Assembly (NCBI RefSeq): GCF_001194135.2
Contig: NC_068989.1
Span: forward strand, 45,102,097 to 45,146,056
Length of the DNA stretch: 43,960 nucleotides
Origin: Octopus bimaculoides
Taxonomy: Eukaryota
Reading direction: 5' to 3'
In this document: one piece after another, positions 33,895 to 43,960 of the stretch
How positions within the stretch are numbered: position 1 is the first letter of the stretch
Layout of the letters: each line of letters opens with the position of its first letter
Position numbers and translations under genes: made by a program
Notes under the pieces: model-generated
Seen by the model: the letters and a program-made list of their open reading frames with translations, nothing else
What the model was told of the DNA's origin: nothing
Databases searched by the model: none

Positions 33895-34555
33895 TGAACA
33901 AATCTATGCGGTAGGCACGTCACTTGATAAGATTTTAAAATCAAGCATCCATCTCATTTTTAAGTACTGTCACTTGAAAAGTTTCAATTCAAGAATAGTC
34001 CTTTCTCTCATCTGTGAAGATGGTGCGGACCGAAGAGTGGAGTCTTGCGAGTGGAAGTTGGCATGATTATACAAGTTTTACACTTTCCAACAAAGACTGT
34101 CTGGAGTGATAAATCTGCATTTAAATTAAACAACTGCATTTAAATTAAACCTCACAGTCGCACCTACTGCAGATTTGTGAATCTACATATTACAGAAGAC
34201 CATTATGTTAATTTACCTAGAGTATAGTACAGTATAGTGCAGTTTATCAACAAAATGTTGATACTGGCGTTACAGTAACTGGTAATATGTATTTGAACAT
34301 GGTGCGATAATCTGTCATGTCAAGTATTCAAAAGGATTTTCAAGATGTGCAGTTTCATTTCCGGCAAGATGAGCACCAAGATTTTACCAAATAGTTGAAA
34401 TGGGCGAGGAGATTCAATTGAATACCCTCTGCGTTTACCGAACCTCACGCCACTAGACTTATTCCAAATGGAGATACTTAAAAAATAAAGTTTACGATAC
34501 AAGACAAGCAACAATCAAATTGACGGCAGCGATTGAACGAGAATAGGGGAAGGAG
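33895..34555 (+). pseudogene. Degenerate Tc1-like (Tc1/mariner superfamily) transposase fragment
   Basis: Frame-broken translation: HLIFKYCHLKSFNSRIVLSLICEDGADRRVESCEW / HFPTKTVWSDKSAFKLN / HSRTYCRFVNLHITEDHYVNLPRV / TVTGNMYLNMVR*...FHFRQDEH / GRGDSIEYPLRLPNLTPLDLF / WRYLKNKVY. These match the Tc1-type motifs WSDE, QQDGA and PxRSPDLTPxDF. Confidence 0.85.
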
Positions 34556-34609
34556 AGAGGTAATCGGTTAACACCTTCTCAACACAGCTGGCCTTGTGTT
34601 AAACTAAAA

Positions 34610-35968
34610 GCATTTTGAGTGAGCTGATTTGTTAGAATCCTTACATCGTCAGACAAAATGCCAAGTGGTATTTGAGTACAGATCCCACCGATACCCACTT
34701 TGTCTTTCATCTCCTCGCCACCGGTCCCTATAAACTTATAAAGAGCCATACAAGTGTCGGGGTCAATGGGAAGAAAATTGCTGGTCTTGTGCTTAAATCA
34801 GAAACTATGTAAGGGCAATGAATTGGCAGATCTGTCAGGGTGTCGAACAAAATGTCTTGGGATATTTCGTCCTATACATGTCGTTCCGAGTTAGAATCCC
34901 GCTTTGCATCCTTCCGGAGTAGATAAAGTAAAATAGTAGTCAGCTGGCATAAACTAACCTCTACCCGCCCGCCAAAAAAAAAAAAGAAAAGAAAAAAAAA
35001 GAAAATACAGGGCATGTATCTAAAATAAGAAACAATTGGCGTGCTTGCAGAATCGTTGGAGCGTCGGGTAAAATGCCTTGCGACATTTGTTATGTACTCT
35101 CTCTTTACTCTTTACTCTTTTACTTGTTTCAGTCATTTGACTTTGGCCATGCTGGAGCACCGATTTTAGTCGAGCAAATCAACCCCCAGGACTTATTCTT
35201 TGGAAGCCTAGTACTTATTCTATCGGTTTCTTTTGCTGAACAGCTAATTTACGGGGACGTAAGCACACCACCATCGGTTGTCAGGCGATGCTGAGGGGGA
35301 CAAACACAGACACACACACACATACATACACATATATACTTATATACGATGGCCTTCTTTCAGTTTCCGTCTACCAAATCCACTCACAAAGATTTGGTCA
35401 TCCCGAGGCTATACTAGAAGACATATGCCAAAGGTGCCACGCAGTGGGAATGAACCCGGAACCATGTAGTTGGTAAGCAAGCTACTTACCACACAGCCAC
35501 TCCCGCGCCTACATGTACCTTTGTACCTTTACATTCTGACTACAAGTGCCGCGGAAGTCAATATTGCTTTTTATCCTTTTGGGGTCGATAAATTAAAAAT
35601 CCTATTGGGATCGATGGTATCGATTAGCCCACTCCTCTTAAAATAGTCGGCCTTGAGCTCAAATCTGGAGCTTTTATATTTCAGGGTCGATAAAATAAGT
35701 CCTTGTTGAGTTTACCCCCAACCCCGAAATTGTTGGCCTTATGCCAAAATCTGAAACTATTATTACTATCAGAACAAAAGGCGCCGAGTAGGGAGTATCG
35801 TCATTTCTCTTGTATTTACGTTCTGAGTTAAAATTCTGCCGAGATCGATTTTGCCTTTCTTTCTTTCGCGGTCAATAGAATAAGTACCAGTCGAGCACAC
35901 AGGTCTTTGCAATCGACTTATCCTCGTCCCCAAGACTTCAGGCCTTGTGCCTATAGTAGAAAGTATTA
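34610..35968 (+). mobile_element. Array of degenerate SINE family B copies, interrupted by a family A insertion
   Basis: Family B heads and tails near 34620, 34815, 35035 (interrupted, resuming ~35515) and 35770. Confidence 0.65.
35105..35510 (-). mobile_element. SINE family A, full-length
   Basis: On the minus strand: head aggcgcgggagtggctgtgtggtaagtagcttgcttacc...gggttcattccc, CORE-like segment, internal (TA)/(TG) tract, and 3' end ggtgctccagcatggccaaagtcaaatgactgaaacaagtaaaagagtaaaagag with (AAAAGAGT)n terminal repeats. Confidence 0.92.
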
Positions 35969-36002
35969 TCATTACTATTAGAATTACAACAGTTACAGCA
36001 AT

Positions 36003-36387
36003 GTTGTTGTTGGCAGTCCGTCGCTTACGACGTCGAGGGTTCCAGTTGATCCGATCAACGGAACAGCCTGCTCGTGAAATTAACGTGCAAGTGGCTGAGC
36101 ACTCCACAGACACGTGTACCCTTAACATAGTTATTGGGGATATTCAGCGTGACACAGTGTGACAAGGCTGACCCTTTGAATTACAGGCACAGCAGAAACA
36201 GGAAGTAAGAGTGAAAGAAAGTTGTGGTGAAAGTGTACAGCAGGGTTCGCCACCATCCCCTGTCAGAGCCTCGTGGAGCTTTAGGTGTTTTCGCTCAATA
36301 AACACTCACAACGCCCGGTCTGGGAATCGAAACCGCGATCCTATGACCGCGAGTCCGCTGCCCTAGCCACTGGGCCATTGCGCCTCC
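36003..36387 (-). mobile_element. SINE family C, full-length with TSD
   Basis: 14-bp direct repeat ACAGTTACAGCAAT at 35989-36002 and 36388-36401, intact A- and B-box-like head, and (CAA)n tail. Confidence 0.95.
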
Positions 36388-36654
36388 ACAGTTACAGCAA
36401 TAACTAGCCACAAATTAACACTAACAGGATAATTATAATGAATTTCTTTTTTTGGCAAAATCCTTATACATAGTATTAGAGGACCTTTCGTCAACTCTAT
36501 ATTTTATTTGCGACGCCATATTTTTCACCCAATTCACGGAAGTAAATTTAATGTCGTACCCCTTTCCTTCAATTTGCTGTATTTCCTGTCTTCACCTGAC
36601 ATCGAGATAGCTCCATAACAATCTTTCTCCGCCATTGTGTTTTATTCAACATAC

Positions 36655-36825
<171 letters not shown>

Positions 36826-37212
36826 AACTATTTGTTATTTTATTGATTTGTGAATATATTGGGTACCGTACTATGCTTTTTTGACATCTTTATACTCTAA
36901 TCTTAGCTGACCCCGTCATACGCAATACGCTCGCGTGCATATGCACACACGCATACACACGAACGCAATCACACGCAAACATAAGCGTGCACTTCTGTCT
37001 GCACATACAATCTCTCTCCCTCACTTTCTATCCCTCACACACACACACACACACTTTCTCTCCGTTTCTTTCTCGTCATCTTCATGTCCATGTATGCGTT
37101 TGTGTATACAAGTCTTTGTGCACATATCGCTTTATGTCTTTCGTCTCTCCTCTTTTTTCATTGCCGCGACGTTGAAAGAGTGGAAAACAGAAACTCTTCA
37201 CTGGTTTTCTGT

Positions 37213-37372
37213 CTTCTTCTTCTTCTTCTTCTTCTTCTTCTTCTTCTTCTTCTTCTTCTTCTTCTTCTTCTTCTTCTTCTTTTTCTTCTTCTTCTTCTTC
37301 TTCTTCTTCTTCTTCTTCTTCTTCTTCTTCTTCTTCTTCTTCTTCTTCTTCTTCTTCTCTCTCTCTCTCTCT
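37213..37372. repeat. (TTC)n microsatellite followed by (TC)n
   Basis: Direct reading; gives the poly-F/L/S and poly-E/R ORFs. Confidence 0.97.
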
Positions 37373-38404
37373 TATTTTCTCTGTCACTTCTGTATTGGGA
37401 TGTCTGACAACGCGAATCAGTCTCACCTCTCGCTAATACATACATACATACATACATACATACATACATACATGCATACGTACATNNNNNNNNNNNNNNN
37501 NNNNNNNNNNNNNNNNNNNNNNNNNNNNNNNNNNNNNNNNNNNNNNNNNNNNNNNNNNNNNNNNNNNNNNNNNNNNNNNNNNNNNNNNNNNNNNNNNNNN
37601 NNNNNNNNNNNNNNNNNNNNNNNNNNNNNNNNNNNNNNNNNNNNNNNNNNNNNNNNNNNNNNNNNNNNNNNNNNNNNNNNNNNNNNNNNNNNNNNNNNNN
37701 NNNNNNNNNNNNNNNNNNNNNNNNNNNNNNNNNNNNNNNNNNNNNNNNNNNNNNNNNNNNNNNNNNNNNNNNNNNNNNNNNNNNNNNNNNNNNNNNNNNN
37801 NNNNNNNNNNNNNNNNNNNNNNNNNNNNNNNNNNNNNNNNNNNNNNNNNNNNNNNNNNNNNNNNNNNNNNNNNNNNNNNNNNNNNNNNNNNNNNNNNNNN
37901 NNNNNNNNNNNNNNNNCTCTTGCACCTCCTTTTCTTCCTACCCTCTTTCTTCCCCTCACTCACTCTTTCTCCCTCTCTGTCTATTCTCTTTCACTCATCT
38001 CCTCCTCTCTTTACTCGCTCATTATATATTACCCTTCCCTTTCTTGTTTTCTTTCCTTGTCCTCTCTCTCTTCCTCTCGCATACGTTCTCCTCACACTTT
38101 TCTCTCTTGACGCTTTCCTCCTACCATCTATCACTTGAACGTATCTTATATTGCTTGTCTTTTTTTACGTTATGTTTTCCATTTTTCTTTTCTGTTTTTA
38201 TTGTAAAAAATATTCTATTCATTTGAAGATATAATCAAATTTCCAGTGGGCTTCGTTGTGTCGTGTGGAAGTGTCCATGATTTATCACTTCCGATTCATG
38301 ATTAGGGGATTGTGGGTCCGACGACAAATTGCATGGCTAATTCAAACTAAATAAGTCACAACAACACGCATACTTCATCTCCGACGACAATACCGACCTT
38401 TAAA

Positions 38405-38580
38405 CTATGTAGCCATCCATCCATCCAACCAGCCGTCCAGCCATCCAGGCATCCAGTAATGCCACCATCCAACAAACCAGCCAACCAGCTTGCTTGTCCA
38501 GGCTGGCAGCCAGCCTGCCAGCCAGACAAGCTTTCATTTAGCAAAGGAACTAAATATTCCGCCAACCAGCTAAACGAACA
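38405..38580. repeat. Degenerate (CCAG/CCAT/CCAA)n tetranucleotide tract
   Basis: Direct reading; similar tracts occur at ~39300-39390 and ~40440-40760. Confidence 0.8.
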
Positions 38581-38711
38581 ACGAATCGAAGTCTCTATGT
38601 GGTTGTTCGGTCTGCTAGAAATAGTAACCTAATCTGTGCACCCCACCCGATCACCGTCTAAGAAAAGGAGAAAGGTAATGTTGGATTAATGTAGCACTAT
38701 GTTTATTGTAG

Positions 38712-39209
38712 TGGAGGCGCAATGGCCCAGTGGTAAGGGCAGCGAACTCGCAGTCATAGGGTCGCCGTTTCGATTCCCAGACCGGGCGTTGTGAGTGTTT
38801 ATTGAGCGAAAACACCTAAAGTTCCACGAGGCTCCGGCAGGGGATAGTGGCGAACCCTGCTGTACTCTCTTACCACAACTTTTANNNNNNNNNNNNNNNN
38901 NNNNNNNNNNNNNNNNNNNNNNNNNNNNNNNNAAGTTCCACGAGGCTCCGGCAGGGGATAGTGGCGAACCCTGCTGTACTCTCTCACCACAACTTTTACT
39001 CTTACTTCCTGTTTCTGTTGTGCCTGTAATTCAAAGGGTCAGCCTTGTCACACTGTGTCACGCTAAATATATCCGAGAACTACGTTAAGGGTACACGTGT
39101 CTGTGGAGTGCTCAGCCACTTGCACGTTAATTTCACGAGCAGGCTGTTCCGTTGATTGGATCAACTGGAACCCTCGACGTCGGAAGCGATGGAGTGCCAA
39201 CAACAACAA
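38712..39209 (+). mobile_element. SINE family C, full-length with TSD (contains an assembly gap and a duplicated 66-bp block)
   Basis: 12-bp direct repeat ATGTTTATTGTA at 38699-38710 and 39210-39221, and a (CAA)n tail. Confidence 0.93.
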
Positions 39210-39524
39210 ATGTTTATTGTACCAAGGGAGGAATAAAAATGTTTCTGGTTGGACTGTCATCATAGGAAGGCTCGATCTGGATGACCTAAGACTAAACAAC
39301 AACAACATCAACCAACTATCCGTGCACTACTTTGCCAGGCAGCCAGGCGTCCCGCCATCCAACCAAATATCCTGCCACCTACCACGTCAGTCAAATCTTC
39401 AGTTATCTATTCAACAAGATATCTTCCTCATATTGTCTTACTTTACTTTGGGCGCTCAACTCCTGATGAAGTCGTACGAACACCGTTTTGAGTTTCAGTC
39501 GTGTTATGGACAACCTTAGACTTA

Positions 39525-39968
39525 GCGAATCGTTAACTGGCAGAATCGTTAGAGAATCCAACAAAATGCTTAACAGCATTTCTTCTGCCTTTTTATATTC
39601 TGGCTTCTAATTACGCTGAGGTCGACCTTGCTATTCCTCCTTTCAGGGTCGGTCAAAATAAGTACCAGTTGAACACCGGGGTCGATGCATCCGACTTACT
39701 CACTGCTTTAAAGCTGCTGGCTTTTTACCAAAAATTTACAAAAGCACTATTAGATATGACGAGTTAAGGCGGCGAGATGGCGGAATCGTTAGCATGTCGG
39801 ACGAAATGTTTAGTGGCGTTTATCCGTCTTTGCATTCTGAGTTCAAATTTCAACTTTCAAGCTTTCGGAGAGGATAAAATAAGTACCAGTTGTATACTGG
39901 GGTCGATGTAATCGATTTATCCCTTCCCTTGAAATCGCTGGCCATGTGCTAAAATTTGAAACCAATAT
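39525..39968 (+). mobile_element. Two head-to-tail SINE family B copies
   Basis: ctggcagaatcgttag...gaggtcgaccttgc...ggggtcggtcaaaataagtaccagttg, then aaggcggcgagatggcggaatcgttagc...ttctgagttcaaat...aaaataagtaccagttg...tttgaaaccaatatt. Confidence 0.85.
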
Positions 39969-40104
39969 TAGACATGGCGGAGCTCATCTGATCTCTCCTA
40001 GCTTGACCACAGCTGAATTCTTTCGGATGGAGAAAAAGAGAAAGAGAGGGAGAAATAGGAGGAGGGAGAGGGAGGAGGGGCACAGAGGCAGAAAAGGAAG
40101 ACAC

Positions 40105-40245
40105 TCCAATACAGGACTGGTACTTTATTTATTGACCCCGAAGATGTGAAAGGCAAGGTTGGCCTCGGCGTTATTTGAACTGAAAGTGCCGCCGGGAACC
40201 AGAATGAATACCACGTGACAATCCATCCGACGCTCCGACGACTCA
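40105..40245 (-). mobile_element. SINE family B fragment
   Basis: ctggtactttatttattgaccccgaagatgtgaaaggcaaggttggcctcggcgttatttgaact. Confidence 0.7.
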
Positions 40246-40762
40246 GCTATTTCACAATTAACTAATCAATCGATTCATCGATACATTGATCCGCCATCGT
40301 ATCTTTTTAATAATCGAGATCCGTAACCATCAGATCATCACCCCAAACATTAACACTTCCATTCACGTGTCTCATTTAGTAGTGTCATTTTCCCTATTTA
40401 TTTAACATCAGCTAGCTATGTCACCCTTTATCAAGCCGCTTGTAAATCTATCCAACCTATTGTTGACCCAATGATTTACACAACCATCAACCTCACCGTT
40501 AAACCACAAACCCAATCACTTATCTGACCATCTGATTGTCTGACTACTAAACCAACCATAACTCTAACAGTTAAGCTAATCCTTAAGCTAGCCAGTTAAC
40601 CCGACTATCATCAGGGCATTAACCATGCGTCAACATAAACTCAGAACTGCAAAACCATGAAACTACTCGACCATCTTTCATTGATCCGTCTGAGAAATCA
40701 TCCAGCCACCCGCCCTTCCTACACGATCCGGCTACCCATCCATACATCCATTCACCCGTTAC

Positions 40763-40829
<67 letters not shown>

Positions 40830-41129
40830 CCTTCTCTCCCTCTATTGTAAATGATCCCATGACAGTCAAAATGTCCCAATTTGTATTTCATCTTTTTTCT
40901 CTTCTTGTTGTTGTCATCATTGTTGTTGTACCTCCGCTCCTCTCTAGTCTGCCTTCATCGATTAAAACCTATTGTCAGATGCCATTTCATAGATGACCAC
41001 CCCCAAAGTGTCTCAGATATAGCATGTTTAGGGCATCATCGTTGTGAAATGTTGTTTCTATTATTTAAGACAATCTGATATAATTTGAGGGAAAATTGGT
41101 TGCTATTTCTAACAGATCGAGTAAACATA

Positions 41130-41220
41130 TAGATACTCTGTCATTCGAGTTCTTCAAGGCGGTGCCCCAGCATGGCCGTAGTCTAATGACTGAAATATGT
41201 AAAAGAAAAAAAGCAAAAGA
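41130..41220 (+). mobile_element. SINE family A 3' tail fragment
   Basis: aaggcggtgccccagcatggccgtagtctaatgactgaaatatgtaaaaga matches the 3' end of 35105-35510 (reverse complement). Confidence 0.8.
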
Positions 41221-41346
41221 TGTCACTAGCCACTTTGAGTTATTTAACTTAGCTCGTTCTTTGTTTAAATTATGTAAACCATCCTAAAATATAAACAGTT
41301 TCTGCTCTTTGTGTGTCTACGCGTCCCGTCTACTAAAGTTAAGCTC

Positions 41347-41630
41347 CAGCAGACGGCATCTTTAGACATAGGAGAACAATTACTGATGACGCCGACTGAT
41401 GCTGAAACAAATTTTTCTACCAGCCGGTTTGTCTTTGGACAGTAAAACTCTTTTCTTTGAGAAAATTTCAGCAGACGGCATAGTTATACATAGTAGAGCA
41501 ATCGCTGGTGTCGGCGACTGAAGCCGAAATACTGTTTTCAACCGGCCGGTTTGTCTTCAGACAACAAAATTCTTTTCTTTGAGAAAATTTCAGCAGATGG
41601 CATACTTAGACATAGTAGGACAGTTGCTAA
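41347..41630. repeat. Tandem repeat, 122-bp period, about 2.3 copies
   Basis: Units start CAGCAGA(C/T)GGCAT at 41347, 41469 and 41591; the first two end TCTTTTCTTTGAGAAAATTT. Confidence 0.9.
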
Positions 41631-41877
41631 ACAGATGATACCAATTGAAAGAGAAAAAAATTTCCATAACAGTCCACTTGTCTCTGTACAACAAACTTTT
41701 CTTCTATGGCATGTTAATTTTCAGAAAATTCTTTATTCTAGAGATTTTATGTCCCTTCTCTTTCGTATATTTTTCTTTCCAAGGGAAGATAATTGTGTAG
41801 TATTTGCAAAAACTTCATTCGTATTGTACTATTAAGAAATATATCGATTTATGTATCCTTTATTTGAAAATATTTTC

Positions 41878-42003
41878 TGTTGTAGCAAGAAGTTTGCTTC
41901 CCAACCACATTGTTTTGGGTTCCGTCCCACTGCGTTGCACTTTGATCAAGTGTCATCTACTGTAATCCTTGGCCAATCAAAGAAAACTGAAAGAAGCTCG
42001 TCG
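41878..42003 (+). mobile_element. SINE family A 5' half, degenerate
   Basis: aagtttgcttcccaaccacattgttttgggttccgtcccactgcgttgcactttgatcaagtgtcatctact...aaactgaaagaagctcgtcgt. Confidence 0.8.
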
Positions 42004-42267
42004 TACACACACATTTTGATCGAATTCCATGCTCCCCCCACCCCGTTTGAATAATTACTACTTTCGAGATTTCGTTAGTTATGAAACATATGTAGACTGG
42101 ATGTTATCTACTCCATTCCTTAAGTTTTGGATATTTATTCGCAAATACACCAACTTCGATACGGAAAAATTCACAACCTTCTGCGCCAACAAAACACCAT
42201 TGTTCCTGAAAGTTGTTTTTAATGTCTTCTACGGACTGCATGAAGCTTACTACCTTACTACCTTACT

Positions 42268-42625
42268 ACTATCCTCTCTTATGGTCATGAATGTTGGGTA
42301 ATGACCAAAAAAGAAAAAAAAATAGAAGCGGCTGAAATGAGGTTCCTCCGAAGGGACTCTAGAGTAACGTAACTCCATAAGGTACGTAGCTCAGAAATTA
42401 AGGAACCTTTCCAGATCGATCAACTACTTCTCCGCTTTAAGAGGTCACAACTCCGGTACTATGGACATGCGATTAGAATGACGCCAGAAAGAATCGCAAA
42501 ATAGATTCTCCAAACTGATTCAATCGGCAGAACAAGCTGGTTAGATAATATCTATGGTTACAGTCGGTCTCCCTTGGGAATCTAGTCGGAAAGTGTAATA
42601 AAGTGTTGTGTCGACGCCCCCAGGC
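42268..42625 (+). pseudogene. 3' fragment of an RTE-clade LINE (post-RT C-terminal region)
   Basis: One frame with two stops: TILSYGHECWVMTKKEKKIEAAEMRFLRRDSRVT*LHKVRSSEIKEPFQIDQLLLRFKRSQLRYYGHAIRMTPERIAK*ILQTDSIGRTSWLDNI. This is the typical RTE pattern LxYGxExW / AAEMxFLRR / LRWxGHxxRM. Confidence 0.88.
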
Positions 42626-43883
42626 GAAGAAGTAGGATATCCCAAGATATGTAGAGGTAGTCTGGCCGTGGTAGGTGTGTTGAGTAGCAGTCGAGTAGCA
42701 GTTGTGTAGCGCTTGAGTAGAGATCATCCGAAGGTGCTAGATAGCAGGAGCTTGAGACATAACATGATGGTTGTTGATGTTTGCTTGAGATAGGACGGTA
42801 CGGAGGAGGTCCTTGAGAACTCTACCCACAGGAGTGGTGTGGGGAGAAGGTGGATTTCTGTTTATGAATGGATCCTACAATAACTAGAATCGTGGTTGCA
42901 TATTTAAGAATATAAATAATGCGTTATAAAATCAACAAATTGCAAAGAAAAACAGAAGCAACATTCGCTTTTCTTTTCATAATGCTCACTCGTCATTGAT
43001 TAAAAATATAGGCTTCTTAACGTCTGTAGATTCTTAGATATTAGAAGGAGAGTTTAAACAAAGATTCAATAAAGAAAACAAAAATAAAAACAATAAAAAC
43101 AGAGTCACCTAAGTGGTGGTTGGCTATGTTGGATTGGAGAAATGATGATAGTTGTGTTAAACAACTTCTAGAACAGCAACAACGACTGCAATGGCAACAA
43201 CTGTAATATTTGATGAAATATTAAGTTTCAAATTTCAGTCCATCAACGAGTCCGTGAAATATATGAAACCAAATCTATAATTAAACATTCGAGGCGGTCG
43301 GAAGTGGAGTAATTAAATCACAAGCAGTAATCACGGCTCAACACATTATGTCCTGTGTTTATTACCGACAATCGTATTGGTGGGTGATGAATGAATGAAT
43401 GAGGGTGGGGAGGACTATGGTGGCGGGCGATAGATTCCAAGTGTGGGGGCGATGTGTCGAGATGCAAGACACGTAAAAGCACACACACACACAAAAAAAG
43501 GGAAAACAATGGCGAGGAGAATATAGCTTCGGTGATAAACGACGATCTCAATGAAGAAAAAAAACAAACAAACATAAAACGTTAGAACAGAAACAGAATA
43601 ACAACAAAGCGAAGGCATAAACCAACTAGTCGGAGCGCTGGATTGATGATGTATTACGGCGCATTGAAAGAATTAGTAAACACACATACACACACGCATG
43701 AACAAACACGCACACACACACACGCGTCGTGTAATGTTATTATACGCCATTAACTTTTGTATTCTATTACATTTCTTATGTCCCGCACTCTCTTTTTCTT
43801 TTCCTGCTTCCTCCTCCGCCTCTTTTCTTTCCTCCTCCCCTCCTTGCTTCCTCTCCTTCCTCTCCTACCTCTTCACCTTATAT

Positions 43884-43960
43884 TCTTCTTCTTCTTCTTC
43901 TTCTTCTTCTTCTTCTTCTTCTTCTTCTTCTTCTTCTTCTTCTTCTTCTTCTTCTTCTTC
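43884..43960. repeat. (TTC)n microsatellite running off the window end
   Basis: Direct reading. Confidence 0.97.

Noticed and set aside
33895-34555. ORF 34320-34514 (-) as a host gene
   Set aside because: It is the antisense of the plus-strand Tc1-like transposase fossil.
36300-36387. tRNA-like sequences (also 3168, 20384, 29385, 38712)
   Set aside because: They have A/B boxes but I could not form a complete cloverleaf with an acceptor stem. They continue into SINE bodies and some have TSDs, so they are SINE heads, not tRNA genes.
38819-38998. 66-bp direct repeat flanking a 48-N gap
   Set aside because: Identical except for one base and absent from the sister copy at 36003-36387. Most likely unmerged overlapping contig ends (allelic SNP), an assembly artefact.
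41347-41630. Regular repeat considered as a CRISPR-like array or HHR multimer
   Set aside because: Eukaryotic context, contiguous units with no unique spacers, and CTGATGA present in only one unit without stems I-III.

Overview
This is eukaryotic, AT-rich, very repeat-dense draft-assembly DNA with nine N-gaps (5109-5534, 7426-7995, 9292-9301, 10411-10617, 18589-19039, 24878-24887, 30441-31154, 37486-37916, 38885-38932). The microsatellite load and SINE families look like an octopus (coleoid cephalopod) genome; this is inferred from recall, not from a search. I can support no intact host protein-coding gene, tRNA/rRNA gene or CRISPR array, so the window reads as intergenic or deep intronic. 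Nearly all long ORFs in the track are microsatellite or N-gap artefacts. The real coding signal is fossil transposon sequence: two internally deleted mariner elements, one Tc1-like transposase fragment, the 5' half of an L1/Tx1-type LINE (putative ORF1 plus APE endonuclease), and the 3' part of an RTE-type LINE. The rest is several modular tRNA-derived SINE families, some with clear TSDs, and long inverted repeats. The most interesting signal is minimal Penelope-type hammerhead ribozyme (HHR) motifs in three different non-coding repeat families. One sits behind a tRNA-like Pol III head (3301), and one has its predicted cleavage site at the edge of an inverted repeat (29948). All alignments, folds and coordinates were read by eye, and the ends of degenerate elements are approximate.
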